Assembly: GCA_963750475.1 (NCBI GenBank)
Contig: CAVVQQ010000003.1
Span: 162,523 to 226,522, forward strand
Source: an uncultured Acidobacteriota bacterium
Lineage (GTDB): Bacteria > Acidobacteriota > Vicinamibacteria > Vicinamibacterales > 2-12-FULL-66-21
Length of the DNA stretch: 64,000 nucleotides
Reading direction: 5' to 3'
Part shown: positions 9,127 through 20,027 of the stretch, one piece after another
Layout of the letters: every line of letters starts with the position of its first letter
Numbering within the stretch: position 1 is the first letter of the stretch
Notes under the pieces: generated by a model
Database searches by the model: none
What the model saw: the letters and a program-made list of their open reading frames with translations, nothing else
What the model was told of the DNA's origin: nothing
Translations under genes and position numbers: made by a program

Positions 9127-11832
9127 CACCTTTGTTCAACTGGTTTCGCCGACGGTCCCTCGAGCGCGATCTCGACCGTGAGCTCCAATATCACGTCGAA
9201 CGCCGCGTGGCCGATCTCACCGCCACCGGTATCACCAAGGCCGAGGCGCGCCGCTTAGTCGCCGTCGAACTTGGCCTCGACAAGGTGCGCGAGGAGGTTC
9301 GCGATGTGTGGCTCAGTCGCTGGTTTCGCGATTTCCTCTACGATCTCCGCTTCTCCGTCCGGGCATTCTTCCGCAGCCCTGGCTTCACCGCGGCCACCTT
9401 GCTCTCGCTCTCACTCGGAATTGGCGCGACGACGGCCATCTATTCACTCGTCGACCAGCTGATCCTCCACGCACTCCCAATCCGCGAGCCCGAGCGCCTC
9501 GTCCTCGTCGACTGGGAAGGCGAACATGTGACCGGCGGCTTTGGTTCCTTCAACCTGATGTCGTACCCGTTCTGCCGAGACGCCCAGCATCAGACCGGTG
9601 TCTTCGACGGCGTCGTCTGCCGCGCCCAGGTCGGTTCCGTGAATTTCTCGGCCGGCAGCGATCCACGACCGATCACCGCCGAACTCGTCTCCGGCAGCTA
9701 TTTCCCGGTCCTCGGCATCGAGCCCGCGCTCGGCCGCGTCCTCGAACCGGACGATGATGGCGCCCCCGGTGCTGGGCAAGTCGTCGTGCTCTCCTACGGC
9801 TTCTGGCAGGCGCAGTTCGGAGGCGCTGTTGATGTCGTCGGCCGGAAGGTCTCGATCAACAACCACCCGATGACGATCGTGGGCGTGGCGCCCGCACGCT
9901 TCCGGGGCGTGGATGTAGGTGCCGTGCCAGCCCTCTGGATGCCCGCGTCCATGTACGCACAGGCTATCCCTGGCGTCGAAGATGTCTTCGACCGTCCGAC
10001 TCGCTGGATGCAGATCCTCGGCCGGCTCCGTCCCGGACTCACCGCTGCGCAGGCGCAAGCCGGCCTTCAGCCCTGGTTCAAGACATGGCTGGAGGAGAAC
10101 GCGCGCCGCCCCGGCTTTCCCGTCATCACCGCCGAGCGGCACCGACGCTATCTCGCGTCAATACTGAGTCTCACCCCCGCACCGCAAGGCTTTTCACCTT
10201 TGCGGCGCAGCCTGTCGCAACCGCTCTGGATGCTCTTCGCCGCGACGATCCTTCTGCTCGGCCTCGCCTGCCTGAATGTCGCCGGTCTCTTCCTCGCCCG
10301 CGGCTCCGCACGGGGCCGAGAGATTGCGACTCGCCTCGCCCTGGGTGCGTCGCGCGGCCGCGTTGGCCGCCAGCTCCTCGCCGAGAGCGTGCTGCTTGCG
10401 GTCGTCGGCGGTGCGCTCGGCGTCGCCCTTGCGCCGCTCGCGATGCGCGTCCTTTTGAGCTTTCTCCCGTACGACGTCACCGAGAACGCCCTCAGCGCCG
10501 GCATCAACCTGCGACTCCTCGTCTTCGCGTGTCTGGCGAGCCTCGTCGCCGGCCTGGCCAGCGGGCTCGCGCCCGCCCTCCATGCTGGTCGCGACAGCCT
10601 GGCCACTGCGCTCCGTGAGCGCGGAGGTACGCAGTCCGGCGGCATTCGCCTCCGCAAATGCATCGTCACCTTGCAGGTGGCGTTGTCCCTGATTCTCGTG
10701 GTGGCTGCCGCTCTGTTCCTACGCTCCCTGTCCGGTCTGATCGCCAAAGGCCCCGGATTCGACACCGCCAGCCTGGTATCGTTCGGCCTTGCCCCACACA
10801 AGAACGGGCATACGCCAGCGGACTCCAGCCGCCTCGTCCGCCGCATCGATGCCGAGGTCCGCGCCTTACCGAACGTCAGTTCCTCGGCCGTCGTGCGCTA
10901 CGCTTTTCTCACGGGCGGGAGCTGGGACAACCCATTCACCATCCAGGCCGACCGCCGCATCGTGACCGATCGAGACGTCCACGAGAACGCGGTCAGCCCC
11001 GGTTTCTTCTCCACACTCGGCATCCACCTCGTCGCCGGCCGCAACTTCGACGAGCGCGACTCCTTGCCTCCGGGCGAGTCCGGCCGCCGCCGCTCCGCCA
11101 TCGTAAACGAGGCGTTTGTCCGCCGAGTACCTTCCGGGCGTCGCTCCCATCGGCGTGCGAATTGGGGAGGGCTCCGGCCCCGACGTTCAGCCGGAAACCT
11201 TCATCGTCGGCGTCGTGACGGACTTCGTCTATCGCAACCTCCGCGATCACTCCGAGCAGATTCTCTTTCCGATCTTCGAGGGCCACGACGAGTTCGACAC
11301 CGCCTTCTACGTCAAGGTTCGCGGCACGCCCGAGCAGGCCTTCCAGTCCATTCGCAACGTCGTCCTTGCTGCCGACCCACAATTGCCGCTCCTGAGCTTC
11401 CGGACCCTCGACAATCAGGTCAACCGCTCGCTCACGACCGAACGCATGCTGGCGGCGGTCTCCGGCGGGTTCGGCGCGCTTGCACTCTTGCTGTCGTTGA
11501 TCGGTCTCTACGGTGTAATGTCGTTCGTCGTCACCCGCCGCACACGTGAGATCGGCCTCCGCCTAGCTCTTGGGTCCACCGTCGGCTCGGCGGTCCGGCT
11601 CATTCTTTACGATGCCGTCACTATGATCGCGGTCGGCGTCGCCATTGCACTCCCGTGCATCGTCGCGCTCGGCCGAGTCCTCCAGTCCCAGTTGTTCGGC
11701 CTCACGGCGACCGACCCCCAGACTGTCGCCGCCGCCACTCTGCTCCTCACCGCCGGCGCGCTCGTGGCGGCGTTCATCCCCGCCTGGCGGGCTTCGAAGG
11801 TGAATCCCACGGACGCACTTCGGCTGGAATAA
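9123..11832 (+). CDS. ADOP-type duplicated MacB/FtsX-like ABC permease (frameshift ~11120)
   Basis: DLDRELQYH, RSPGFT, LGIGATTAIYS, REIATRLALGA; second half RTREIGLRLALG...PAWRASKVNPTDALRLE. Confidence 0.9.
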
Positions 11833-11838
11833 AACGCC

Positions 11839-12595
11839 CAAGCGAGCGCGCATCAAGACTGAGGCCGTGCTCATCAAACACTCTGAGCACAGCAGGGCTT
11901 CGAAGGCCTCGTTGTTCGGGCCTCGCTCACGTAGGCCGTCGCCTCACTGGGTTCTTCACGAGCGAGTCGGCCAGGCGTACTTTGATGAACGCCTGCCGGG
12001 CCGACGGGCTTCTTGATCGAATCTCACGCAGCAGGTCCACGGGAAGTCGACATTGCCGCGTTGAACCGCCGCCCAGGGCTGACGGCCTTGGCAAGATCCA
12101 CATGACCGACAACAGGTGAACGCCGGCGTCGTGCATGGCGTCAAGTTGGGCGGCCGGGAGTGCCCTAGTCTTGAAGGTACGCTGCCTTTCTTCATCCCGT
12201 CTTCGCCTGAGGGAGATGATCCGGATGCGATCGCCCCCTATGGTGATGAACGCCGACCACATCACCTGCCGGTTCGCCCCATGACCGGGGTCCGAGGTTC
12301 ATCGAGCGAGCGGGCCTGGATCTCAAGCCGGTCGGGTCGCTCCACAAGCCTGAGCGCCGAGGAGGTCGATGTGGTGCTTCTTGAGATTGGCTGCGCTGGG
12401 CGACATTCGAACAGCTGTGAGGTTCCGTCATTGAGCTGCGTTCATTCGTGAAGGAGGGCCGGTTGGGCGTGTGAAGCACGCCGATGAGTGGACGTGGAGA
12501 CGCGCCTCGGGAGTGATGGTTCGCAGAGTCCGGATCGGTGCAGGAAGGCGAAATAGTGGCGAAACGCTCGCGATTTACGCCGCTTCTCGAATCAA
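11839..12595 (-). pseudogene. Decayed BrnT/BrnA-type TA module, duplicate of 32348-33201
   Basis: Co-linear with the 32-kb copy; fragments WSAFITIGGDRIRIISLRR and LPAAQLDAMHDAG; brnT 5' end and promoter deleted, many indels. Confidence 0.85.
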
Positions 12596-12744
12596 CCAGT
12601 TGCGGAAATGGTCCAGTGCGGCGAGCCATACCGTAAGAGCAATAAATCAACTACTTGCACGGCCCGTATTTTTCCGCTCTCCTAAGTCTCACTCCCTCAG
12701 ACATTTGTGACGCACAGGCCGCACTGGACGATGTCCGCAACTGG
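12547..12744. repeat. Junction repeat copy 2 (complete)
   Basis: Left part nearly identical to copy 1; GAGCCA 12623-12628; AATCAACTACTTG 12645-12657; right arm 12717-12744. Confidence 0.95.
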
Positions 12745-12903
12745 CTGGACAGCTAACCGCCGGCGCCCAGAAGTTCAGTCGAAAGCGAGTGACGTCGAGA
12801 GTTAGTGATGCGAGCACTGGGGAGATCTCGTATGACGGGTCGTCGCGCTCGCCATCACTCACACGTCCCACGCATGTCGACACCGACTGCGCGGCCTGGC
12901 CGT

Positions 12904-12947
12904 GGCCTCGATAACACGTCCAGAACGAGCACATCGACTAGTCCAGT
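12904..12947 (-). promoter_or_regulatory. Putative MocR-type operator, copy A
   Basis: 29/44 ungapped identity (hand count) to 15544-15587; CTGG direct repeats; just upstream of the mocR-like gene. Confidence 0.55.
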
Positions 12948-12973
12948 CGTTCCAAATTGAAGTACAACATGGC

Positions 12974-14444
12974 ATGGCCCGTTGGGAGGTGACATTCGCG
13001 CTCGAGCGGCGACGTGGCGTGCCGCTGTTTCAGCAAATCGCACGTGCGGTGACGAAAGACATCCGACGTCGTCGCTTGCGGCCAGGTGATCGGTTGCCCG
13101 GTCACTCGAACGCTGGCGCGCACACTCGGCGTACAGCGGCTGACCGTAGTTGCCGCCTTCGACGAGCTCGTCGCGGAAGGCTGGATCGTCAACCAGCCCG
13201 CGCGCGGCGCCTTCGTCTCGACCGATCTGCCAGATCCGCCGCCGAGGCGAATGACAGCCTGGGAGCTCCCCGGTGCCATGGCTGAACGGACCAGCTTCGA
13301 GTTGCTCCCTGCACCGAGAGCCGAACGCCCGTACGAGATACCGCGCGGCAGCTTACTGTTCGCGCCGAGCCGGCCGGACGTGCGTCTCGCGCCGGGCATC
13401 GTGATTGGCCGCGCACTGCGACGTGCGATGGGCCACAAGTCTGGCGCGCTCCTCGCCTACGGACCGAGCGAGGGTCATCCCCGTCTTCGTCAGGCCGTGT
13501 CGACGATGCTGGCGTCAACCCGAGGCCTGGCGGCTGGCCCGGAGAACGTTTGTATTACGCGCGGCAGCCAGATGGCACTGGCGCTGTTGTCAAAGACCTT
13601 TCTTCGTCCCGACGACATCGTCGTGGTCGAAGCACTGGGGTATCGATCTGCGTGGGAGGTATTTCGGCAGGTTGGCGCGAAGGTGATCGGCGTGCCCGTT
13701 GACAACGATGGAATCGATATAGACGGTTTGGAACGTGTCATTACTCAACAGCGTGTGCGAGCTGTTTACGTCACACCGCATCACCAATATCCGACCACCG
13801 TGACCATGTCGGCCGGACGACGGCTGAGGCTCATGGAGCTCGCGCGTGCCCACCGATTTGCGATTATCGAGGATGACTACGACCATGAATTTCACTATGA
13901 CGGGCGGCCGGTGTTACCCCTCGCGAGCGCCGACCGGTTCGGCCTGGTGATCTACGTGGGGACGTTCTCCAAGGTGCTTGCCCCTGCGTTGCGGTTGGGG
14001 TACGTCGTCGCGCCAGTTCCACTTATTGAGCGCATTGCGGCCCACCGATCGTTGATCGACATGCAGGGGGACCAGGTGCTCGAGTACGCGATCGCGGAAC
14101 TACTCGAGGAAGGCGAAATTCAACGACACATTCGCCGTGTCAGACGCGAGTACCACGCGCGCCGGGATACATTGGTGGCAGCGCTTCGCGACCAGCTTGG
14201 TGCGCGCGTCTCGTTCGATGTCCCGGCCGGCGGCATCGCACTCTGGCTGAAGGCCGCGAAAGGCTTTGATGTGGAGCACTGGGCTGCTCGTGCACAGGAT
14301 CGCGGCGCTATGATGGTGACCGGGGCCGCCTTTAGTCTGGATGGCAGGCCTCAACCATTCGTGCGTCTCGGATTCGCGGCGCTGAACCGACAAGAACTCG
14401 ACGAAGGCGTGCGACGGCTGGCCGCGAGCGCTCGCGGCAAGTGA
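12974..14444 (+). CDS. MocR/GabR family GntR-aminotransferase regulator (frameshift ~13100)
   Basis: PLFQQIARAV...LRPGDRLP/TRTLARTLGV HTH; YVTPHHQYPT, IIEDDYDHEFHY, GTFSKVLAPALRLGY. Confidence 0.92.
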
Positions 14445-14531
14445 ACGACCGGCCTTCGAAATTCCGGTCGAGGAGAATTCGCGCGGCAAATAACGGAACC
14501 ATGCGACCGTCGCGGCTTTGGGAGAACGAGA

Positions 14532-14849
14532 TCATTGCGGCGGCCCGTGTGTTGCGGCGACATCGAAGTGCGCGGCGCGATCGTCCCAGCGGCTCAAGTA
14601 GCGGCGGCGCTCTTCCGGTACGACCGCCGCCTCGCAATCTGCGCCGGCAATCGCGCGGACGTCATCGAGGGAATCCCAGAGCAGGATGGTAATGAACTCG
14701 ACTTCCGCGCCTGCATCATGCCGCAGCAGATAGCTTCCGCGGTAACCCTTCTTCCGGCTCACGCCAGGCAGCAGTTCCGGCTTCAGCATCGCTTCATAGG
14801 CCTCCGCGTTCGCCGGGGTCGTCCACCCATGCCAGACTCTCGCAACCAT
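14532..14849 (-). CDS. Antibiotic biosynthesis monooxygenase-like protein
   Basis: MVARVWHGWT...GYRGSYLLR...EFITILLWDSLD. Confidence 0.8.
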   Translation of the reverse strand: MVARVWHGWTTPANAEAYEAMLKPELLPGVSRKKGYRGSYLLRHDAGAEVEFITILLWDSLDDVRAIAGADCEAAVVPEERRRYLSRWDDRAAHFDVAATHGPPQ

Positions 14850-14926
14850 AGTCGCCTTTCTCGACCGCTCACATCCCTCGAGAACGTTGGCGCGACGTGG
14901 AATGTGTCGTTCGACTTGCTTGTGAT

Positions 14927-15472
14927 CTACAACGCAAGGTAACGCTCATGCACGACTCGTGTGTGGTGAATCGCGTGTCCCGCTGCCACATGGGCCAGAG
15001 CCCGAACCGAGAACGGGTGGCCACTTGCTATACCACGGCGCAGCCAGGCTTCTGACGGCAGACTCTTGAAGAATGCGACGGTTGCGCTTCGGACGATATG
15101 AAAATGCTCTACGTCCGTCGACCACGGGCGCTCGGAGGCGCGCGCCGCGTTGGCGGCGACTTCCTGATCGAAGCTCGGGAGCGCCGCGTCGAAGCCGCGC
15201 GCGAACCACCAGGCGCGGAAGACGAAGAGGCGTTCGGCGTCGATGACGTGCGAGAGGGTATCAGCAATGCTCCATTTGCCTGGCTGATAGGTCCTCTTCG
15301 ACTGGCGCACCGTGATCCCGCCGAAGAAGGTCACGAGCGAGTCGCATTGAGCCGCGAGTATGTCGCAGATGTTTCCGGCCGGGACGAGCCTGATGTAATT
15401 GAAGTAGTAGTCCGCTGCTTCGGATCGGTCCGGCCGGGTCACAAGGATATTGGCCAGCTCGGTGTCGTTCAT
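14927..15472 (-). CDS. DinB family protein
   Basis: YQPGKWSIADTLSHVIDAERLF, LPSFDQ, AGHAIHH. Confidence 0.85.
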   Translation of the reverse strand: MNDTELANILVTRPDRSEAADYYFNYIRLVPAGNICDILAAQCDSLVTFFGGITVRQSKRTYQPGKWSIADTLSHVIDAERLFVFRAWWFARGFDAALPSFDQEVAANAARASERPWSTDVEHFHIVRSATVAFFKSLPSEAWLRRGIASGHPFSVRALAHVAAGHAIHHTRVVHERYLAL

Positions 15473-15543
15473 ACGCGCTCCGAGGGTACTGCGGCCCATG
15501 CCATCGATGAAGTGCCAGTTTTCAGACGAACACTAGGCCGGCA

Positions 15544-15587
15544 ACTGGCCTACTCTAGTTCACCATTCTGGATCTGTGCTCACGGCC
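15544..15587 (+). promoter_or_regulatory. Putative MocR-type operator, copy B
   Basis: ACTGGCCTA...TTCTGGATCTGT...GGCC upstream of the 15659 operon; matches copy A. Confidence 0.55.
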
Positions 15588-15658
15588 GGTTTCGATGGAC
15601 GATCCAGAGGTTGGCGGTTCGAAGCCAAGAACGACATCAACAAGCAGACGGCAGCTAT

Positions 15659-16318
15659 ATGACACGCACACGGATACACAACCTGTTCATCTCGCTGGAC
15701 GGTTTCGGCACCGGTGAGGGCCAGAGCGCGGACGCGCCCATGGGTCACGCCGGCAGACGGCTGGCGGAATGGATGTTCGCCACCCGATTCGGTGCCGCGA
15801 TGCTGGGGCGCCCTGGTGGCAGCGCCGGCGCCGATGACGCGTTTGCCCAGCAGTCGGGGCCCGGTATCGGCGCCGAGATCATGGGTGCAAATAAGTTCGG
15901 TCCGCCCGGGTGGCAGGACGACGCCGGCTGGAAGGGCTGGTGGGGCCCCAAGCCGCCCTTCCACACGCCGACGTTCGTGCTCACTCATCGGCCGCGGCCC
16001 TCGATCGGGATGGAGGGCGGGACCACCTTCCATTTCATCGACGCCTCACCGGTCGAGGCGCTTGACGTCGCCCAAAAGGCAGCAGGCGGGAAGGACGTCC
16101 GGATCGGCGGAGGGCCGACGGTTGCGCGCGACTTCATCGCCGCGGGCCTCGTCGACCACATCCACCTGGTCCAGGTGCCGATCGTGCTCGGCCGCGGCGT
16201 GCGACTGTGGGACGGCCTCGAAGCGCTCGAGGCGAACTACGCCATCGAGGCGGTCTCGACGCCTTCCGGCGTCACGCACCTCACCTTCACGCGGATGGCC
16301 CGGCCAACCCAGCCATAG
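15659..16318 (+). CDS. Dihydrofolate reductase/RibD C-terminal family protein
   Basis: ISLDGFG, GAEIMGANKFG, WKGWWGPKPPFHTPTFVLTH, DVRIGGG. Confidence 0.9.
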   Translation: MTRTRIHNLFISLDGFGTGEGQSADAPMGHAGRRLAEWMFATRFGAAMLGRPGGSAGADDAFAQQSGPGIGAEIMGANKFGPPGWQDDAGWKGWWGPKPPFHTPTFVLTHRPRPSIGMEGGTTFHFIDASPVEALDVAQKAAGGKDVRIGGGPTVARDFIAAGLVDHIHLVQVPIVLGRGVRLWDGLEALEANYAIEAVSTPSGVTHLTFTRMARPTQP

Positions 16319-16344
16319 TCCTTGACCAGAGGCCTTCCTCCACG

Positions 16345-17016
16345 ATGATTCCGACCATGCGCAGCAAGCTCCGCCGCCTCCCCGAGCGCGGTACGCACGA
16401 ATGGACCGCCGTCACAGACATCCTGGATGCGGCGTTCCTCGCCTTTGTCGGGTTCGCGGTCGAGCATCAGCCATTTGTCATCCCCACGCTCTACGGACGG
16501 CAGGGCGAAACCCTCTATCTTCACGGGTCCGCGGCAAGCCGGATGATGCGAGAGCTCTCCGCCGGCGTGCCCACGTGCGTGACGGTTGCACTGGTGGACG
16601 GAATCGTCCTGGCGCGCTCGGCGTTTCACCATTCGATGAACTATCGATCGGTCGCCGCATTCGGGACGGCGAAGAAAATTGAGGACGCCGGCCAGAAGAG
16701 AGCCGCACTGAAGGTGATCTCCGATCACGTGGTGGCGGGGCGCTGGCAGGACGTACGACTGCCGACCGATCAAGAGCTGAAAGCGACGACGGTGCTCGAA
16801 TTCGTGGTCGAAGAGGCTTCGGCGAAAGTCCGAACCGGCCCGCCGAGCGACGACGAAGCCGACTACGGGCTGCCGGTGTGGGCAGGGGTGCTGCCGCTTG
16901 CATTGCACTCGTCCGCGCCGCAGGCTGATGGCCGTTTGCGAGCGCACATTCCCGAACCCGCCTATTTGGCCGATTACGACAGGCGTTTCCGCAGCGCAGA
17001 CGGGAGTGACGAATGA
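16345..17016 (+). CDS. Pyridoxamine 5'-phosphate oxidase-like flavin-binding protein
   Basis: LYLHGSAASRM, DGIVLARSAFHHSMNYRS, VWAGVLP. Confidence 0.88.
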   Translation: MIPTMRSKLRRLPERGTHEWTAVTDILDAAFLAFVGFAVEHQPFVIPTLYGRQGETLYLHGSAASRMMRELSAGVPTCVTVALVDGIVLARSAFHHSMNYRSVAAFGTAKKIEDAGQKRAALKVISDHVVAGRWQDVRLPTDQELKATTVLEFVVEEASAKVRTGPPSDDEADYGLPVWAGVLPLALHSSAPQADGRLRAHIPEPAYLADYDRRFRSADGSDE

Positions 17017-17790
17017 AGTGGCTGCTGCTCCTCATACTCTGGTTAACCGTTCCAGTGTCTCCACAGCAACATGCGTTCGAGGTCATCGAACTGCGGCGAT
17101 ACACGATCAAGCCGGGACAACGAGAGCACTTCGCGCGGTACTTCGAGACGTACTTCCCGGAAGCCTTCCAGCAGTTGGGTGCCCTGGCCGTAGGACAGTT
17201 CTTCGAGCGTGACAAGAAAGACCACTTCCTGTGGCTGCGCGGGTTCCATGACATGGATGAACGGGCGAGGGCGAATGCGAGCTTCTACTACGGACCGCTG
17301 TGGAAGGAGCACCGGTCGACACTGAACGCGCTGATTGACGACAGCGACAACGTCCTGCTGCTTCGTCCCGTCAGCGCGGAGCGGCCGGTGACGGTTCTGC
17401 CGGCGGTCGACCCGGTCGAGGACCCGGACGGTGCGCGTGGAATAGCCGTCGCGATGATTTACCCGGTGCAGGCAGGCCGTGCGGAGGAGTTCGCGCGGGA
17501 CGCCGACCCCACGTTCGCGCAGTTTCGGGCTGCGGGTGTACGCAGAAGCCGGATTGTTGTGCACCCTCGATGCCGCCAACAATTTTCCTCAGTTGCCGAT
17601 CAGAACCGACGGCCCCTTCGTGGTGTGGATCGGAGTCATGCCGGACGAACCGGCGCTCACGCGAACTTTCCTGCCCCTGGACGAAAGCAGTCGAGCACGC
17701 CTGGTGCAATCGCCGCTACTCAACGGGCCGATCGAGCGGGTGGTCCTTACGCCGACGAAGCGCTCGAGGCTGCGCTGGATACCACAATGA
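17013..17790 (+). CDS. NIPSNAP family protein (frameshift ~17545)
   Basis: VIELRRYTIKPGQRE, FYYGPLWKEHR, DSDNVLLLRP; C-terminus NNFPQLPIR...LTPTKRSRLR in ORF 17479..17790. Confidence 0.78.
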
Positions 17791-18566
17791 ACAACTTTGA
17801 AGGCAAGCGGGCTCGCTTTCGCGCGCTGCATGAACACGGGTGCTTTGTCATCCCAAATCCATGGGACGTGGGCAGCGCGAAGCACCTCGAGCGACTGGGT
17901 TTCGCAGCCCTGGCGACCACCAGTTCGGGGGCCGCATGGGCGCGTGGACGGGAAGACGGGCAGCTGTCATGCCAGGAAATGCTCGCGCACTTGCGCGAAA
18001 TCTGCGCCGCCACGCTTCTGCCGGTGAACGCCGACTTCGAAGCGGGCTACGCCGCCGACGTGGAGGAACTGTGGAGATACGTCGCTGCCGCGGTCGACAC
18101 CGGTATCGCCGGTCTGTCGATCGAGGACTTCAGCCACGGCGTGCGATACGAAATTGGCGAAGCTGCTGAGCGTGTGAGGGGAGCGAAAGAGGCGATCCGC
18201 TCGACGGGCGCCGACGTGCTACTGGTTGCTCGCGCCGAAGGGTTCATCCGCGGCAACCCGGACCTGGATGACACCATTGCCCGGCTGCAAGCGTATAGCC
18301 GCGCGGGCGCGGATTGCCTTTACGCGCCCGGCGTTAGGGAGCTTTCCGCGATCGATCAGATCGTGAAAGCCGTGGCGCCGAAACCGCTCAACGTGCTGAT
18401 GCTCGGGTCCGCGTTCACCGTCGCGGACCTGGCCGACAGGGGCGTTCGGCGTGTCAGTGTGGGCGGCGCGCTCGCCGCTGCTGCGTGGGCGGCCTTCAGA
18501 GACACGGCGGCGACGTTGCGCAACCACGGAACCATGCCGCCGAGACCCGCGGGAGGCCTGTCGTGA
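17787..18566 (+). CDS. Isocitrate lyase/PEP mutase family protein
   Basis: IPNPWDVGSA, LATTSSG, PVNADFEAGY, GADCLYAPG, RRVSVGG. Confidence 0.9.
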   Translation: MNNFEGKRARFRALHEHGCFVIPNPWDVGSAKHLERLGFAALATTSSGAAWARGREDGQLSCQEMLAHLREICAATLLPVNADFEAGYAADVEELWRYVAAAVDTGIAGLSIEDFSHGVRYEIGEAAERVRGAKEAIRSTGADVLLVARAEGFIRGNPDLDDTIARLQAYSRAGADCLYAPGVRELSAIDQIVKAVAPKPLNVLMLGSAFTVADLADRGVRRVSVGGALAAAAWAAFRDTAATLRNHGTMPPRPAGGLS

Positions 18567-19327
18567 TGCGAGGCAGGCACCTGTACGGCGCTGCGTCGAT
18601 CGTGCTCGCGATGATCGGGTTTGCGACCGCAGGTTTTGCCACCAACTGGCATCCGGTTCCCGACGGCATTCCGTACCGTCGCCTGCTGGCGTACGCCGCG
18701 GCCGCGCTGATGTTCGCCTCAGGCGCCGGGCTGCAATGGCGAAAGACCACGCGCGCCGCCCTGCTGCTTTCCGCAGCGGTCTACACCCCGTTTGCGTGGC
18801 TCTGGCTAAGACGGGTGATCGGCTTTCCGCAATTGTCCGGGACGTGGTCGGGATTCGCCGAACAACTCGCTCCGGTGATCGCCGCATTGTTCTCCTACGT
18901 CCGCGTCGCTCCGACGAATGCGCGATGGCTGCCGAAAGCGGAGACGGCGTGTCGCGGCCTGTTTGGACTGTGCGTGGTCGGACTGGGGCTGGCACACTTC
19001 TTCGCGCTGGCGCTCACCGCCAGGCTGGTACCAAAGTGGATTCCGCCAGGGCAGCGTTTCTGGGCGGCGGCAACCGGGGTCGCGATGGTTCTTGCCGGCG
19101 TATCCATCGCCGTTGACGTGCAGTCGGCTCGCGCGGCGAAACTGCTGACCGTGCTGCTCGCGCTGTTCGGGATATTCGTGTGGGTACCGAGGGTGTTCTT
19201 CAATGCTCGCCAACCGATGGCGTGGGGCGGCCTCGCGATCACGATGCTGGTTGGCGGCGCAGCGTCGATGGTCGCCGACGGCTTGCATCGGGGAAGGCCG
19301 GCGGCGCACGGCACAGTGAAGCCTTAG
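18566..19327 (+). CDS. DoxX-like membrane protein
   Basis: Multi-TM; GLAHFF, LVPKWIPPGQRFWAAATG. Confidence 0.65.
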   Translation: MRGRHLYGAASIVLAMIGFATAGFATNWHPVPDGIPYRRLLAYAAAALMFASGAGLQWRKTTRAALLLSAAVYTPFAWLWLRRVIGFPQLSGTWSGFAEQLAPVIAALFSYVRVAPTNARWLPKAETACRGLFGLCVVGLGLAHFFALALTARLVPKWIPPGQRFWAAATGVAMVLAGVSIAVDVQSARAAKLLTVLLALFGIFVWVPRVFFNARQPMAWGGLAITMLVGGAASMVADGLHRGRPAAHGTVKP

Positions 19328-19355
19328 ATGCCTGGCGCGCAAATCAGGAGCAGCA

Positions 19356-20027
19356 GTGTACAAGCTGATAGTCATTCAATTCATCACGCTTGACGGCGTC
19401 ACGCAGGATCCCGACGGGGCTGAACGTACGCGCACCGGGGGCTGGGCATTTCGATCGGGTCCGAAGGCGGTCGCCGGCGACAAGTTCAAATTGGGCGAGC
19501 TGATGGACACCGGAACCATGATGCTCGGCCGCCGAACGTGGGAAAAGTTCTCCGGCCTCTGGCCTGCGCGCAGTGATGACTTCTCGATCAAGATGAATCG
19601 CATGCGCAAGCTTGTCCTGTCCGGGTCGCTGGACCGGGCGGACGGCTGGCAGAATTCGCAGTTGCTGCGCGGCGATTCGGTCACGGAAGTGAAGAAGCGC
19701 AAAGCCGACGGTCACCTGATCGTCGCCGGCAGCTGCAGTCTCGTTGAAAAGCTGATCGAGGCGGACCTTGTCGACGAGTACCGCCTGCTGATATTCCCAA
19801 TCGTGGTTGGCGAAGGGCGGCGTCTCTTTCCAGAGGGCACCCTTCCGATTGACCTGCGCCTGGTCGATGTCGAACGAAGCGGCGAAGCGGTGCTCGTCAC
19901 TTATCATCGCGCTCCTAACCCGCCTGTCGGTGATGCGGAAGGACTCGCGGCACTGACCTCGAACTCGTCGATGACGAGCCACGAGCAGTCGCACCACCCG
20001 CAATCGAGCCGAAGAAGTCGACGATGA
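19356..20027 (+). CDS. Dihydrofolate reductase/RibD C-terminal family protein
   Basis: QFITLDGVTQDP, LGRRTWE, LVDEYRLLIFPIVVGEGRRLF. Confidence 0.88.
   Translation: MYKLIVIQFITLDGVTQDPDGAERTRTGGWAFRSGPKAVAGDKFKLGELMDTGTMMLGRRTWEKFSGLWPARSDDFSIKMNRMRKLVLSGSLDRADGWQNSQLLRGDSVTEVKKRKADGHLIVAGSCSLVEKLIEADLVDEYRLLIFPIVVGEGRRLFPEGTLPIDLRLVDVERSGEAVLVTYHRAPNPPVGDAEGLAALTSNSSMTSHEQSHHPQSSRRSRR

Larger units (their letters stand above)
8409..12628. mobile_element. Cargo unit 2 (PadR + ADOP permease + decayed BrnTA)
   Basis: Between GAGCCA cores of copies 1 and 2. Confidence 0.7.

Noticed and set aside
17013..18566. Apparent NIPSNAP-PEP mutase fusion (517 aa)
   Set aside because: The true NIPSNAP C-terminus lies in another frame (17479..17790) and ends in an ATGA overlap with the mutase start.
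19915..20027. 113-bp convergent overlap of the DHFR-like and hydrolase genes
   Set aside because: Both tails look non-conserved; probably a lost stop codon or small deletion rather than a functional overlap.
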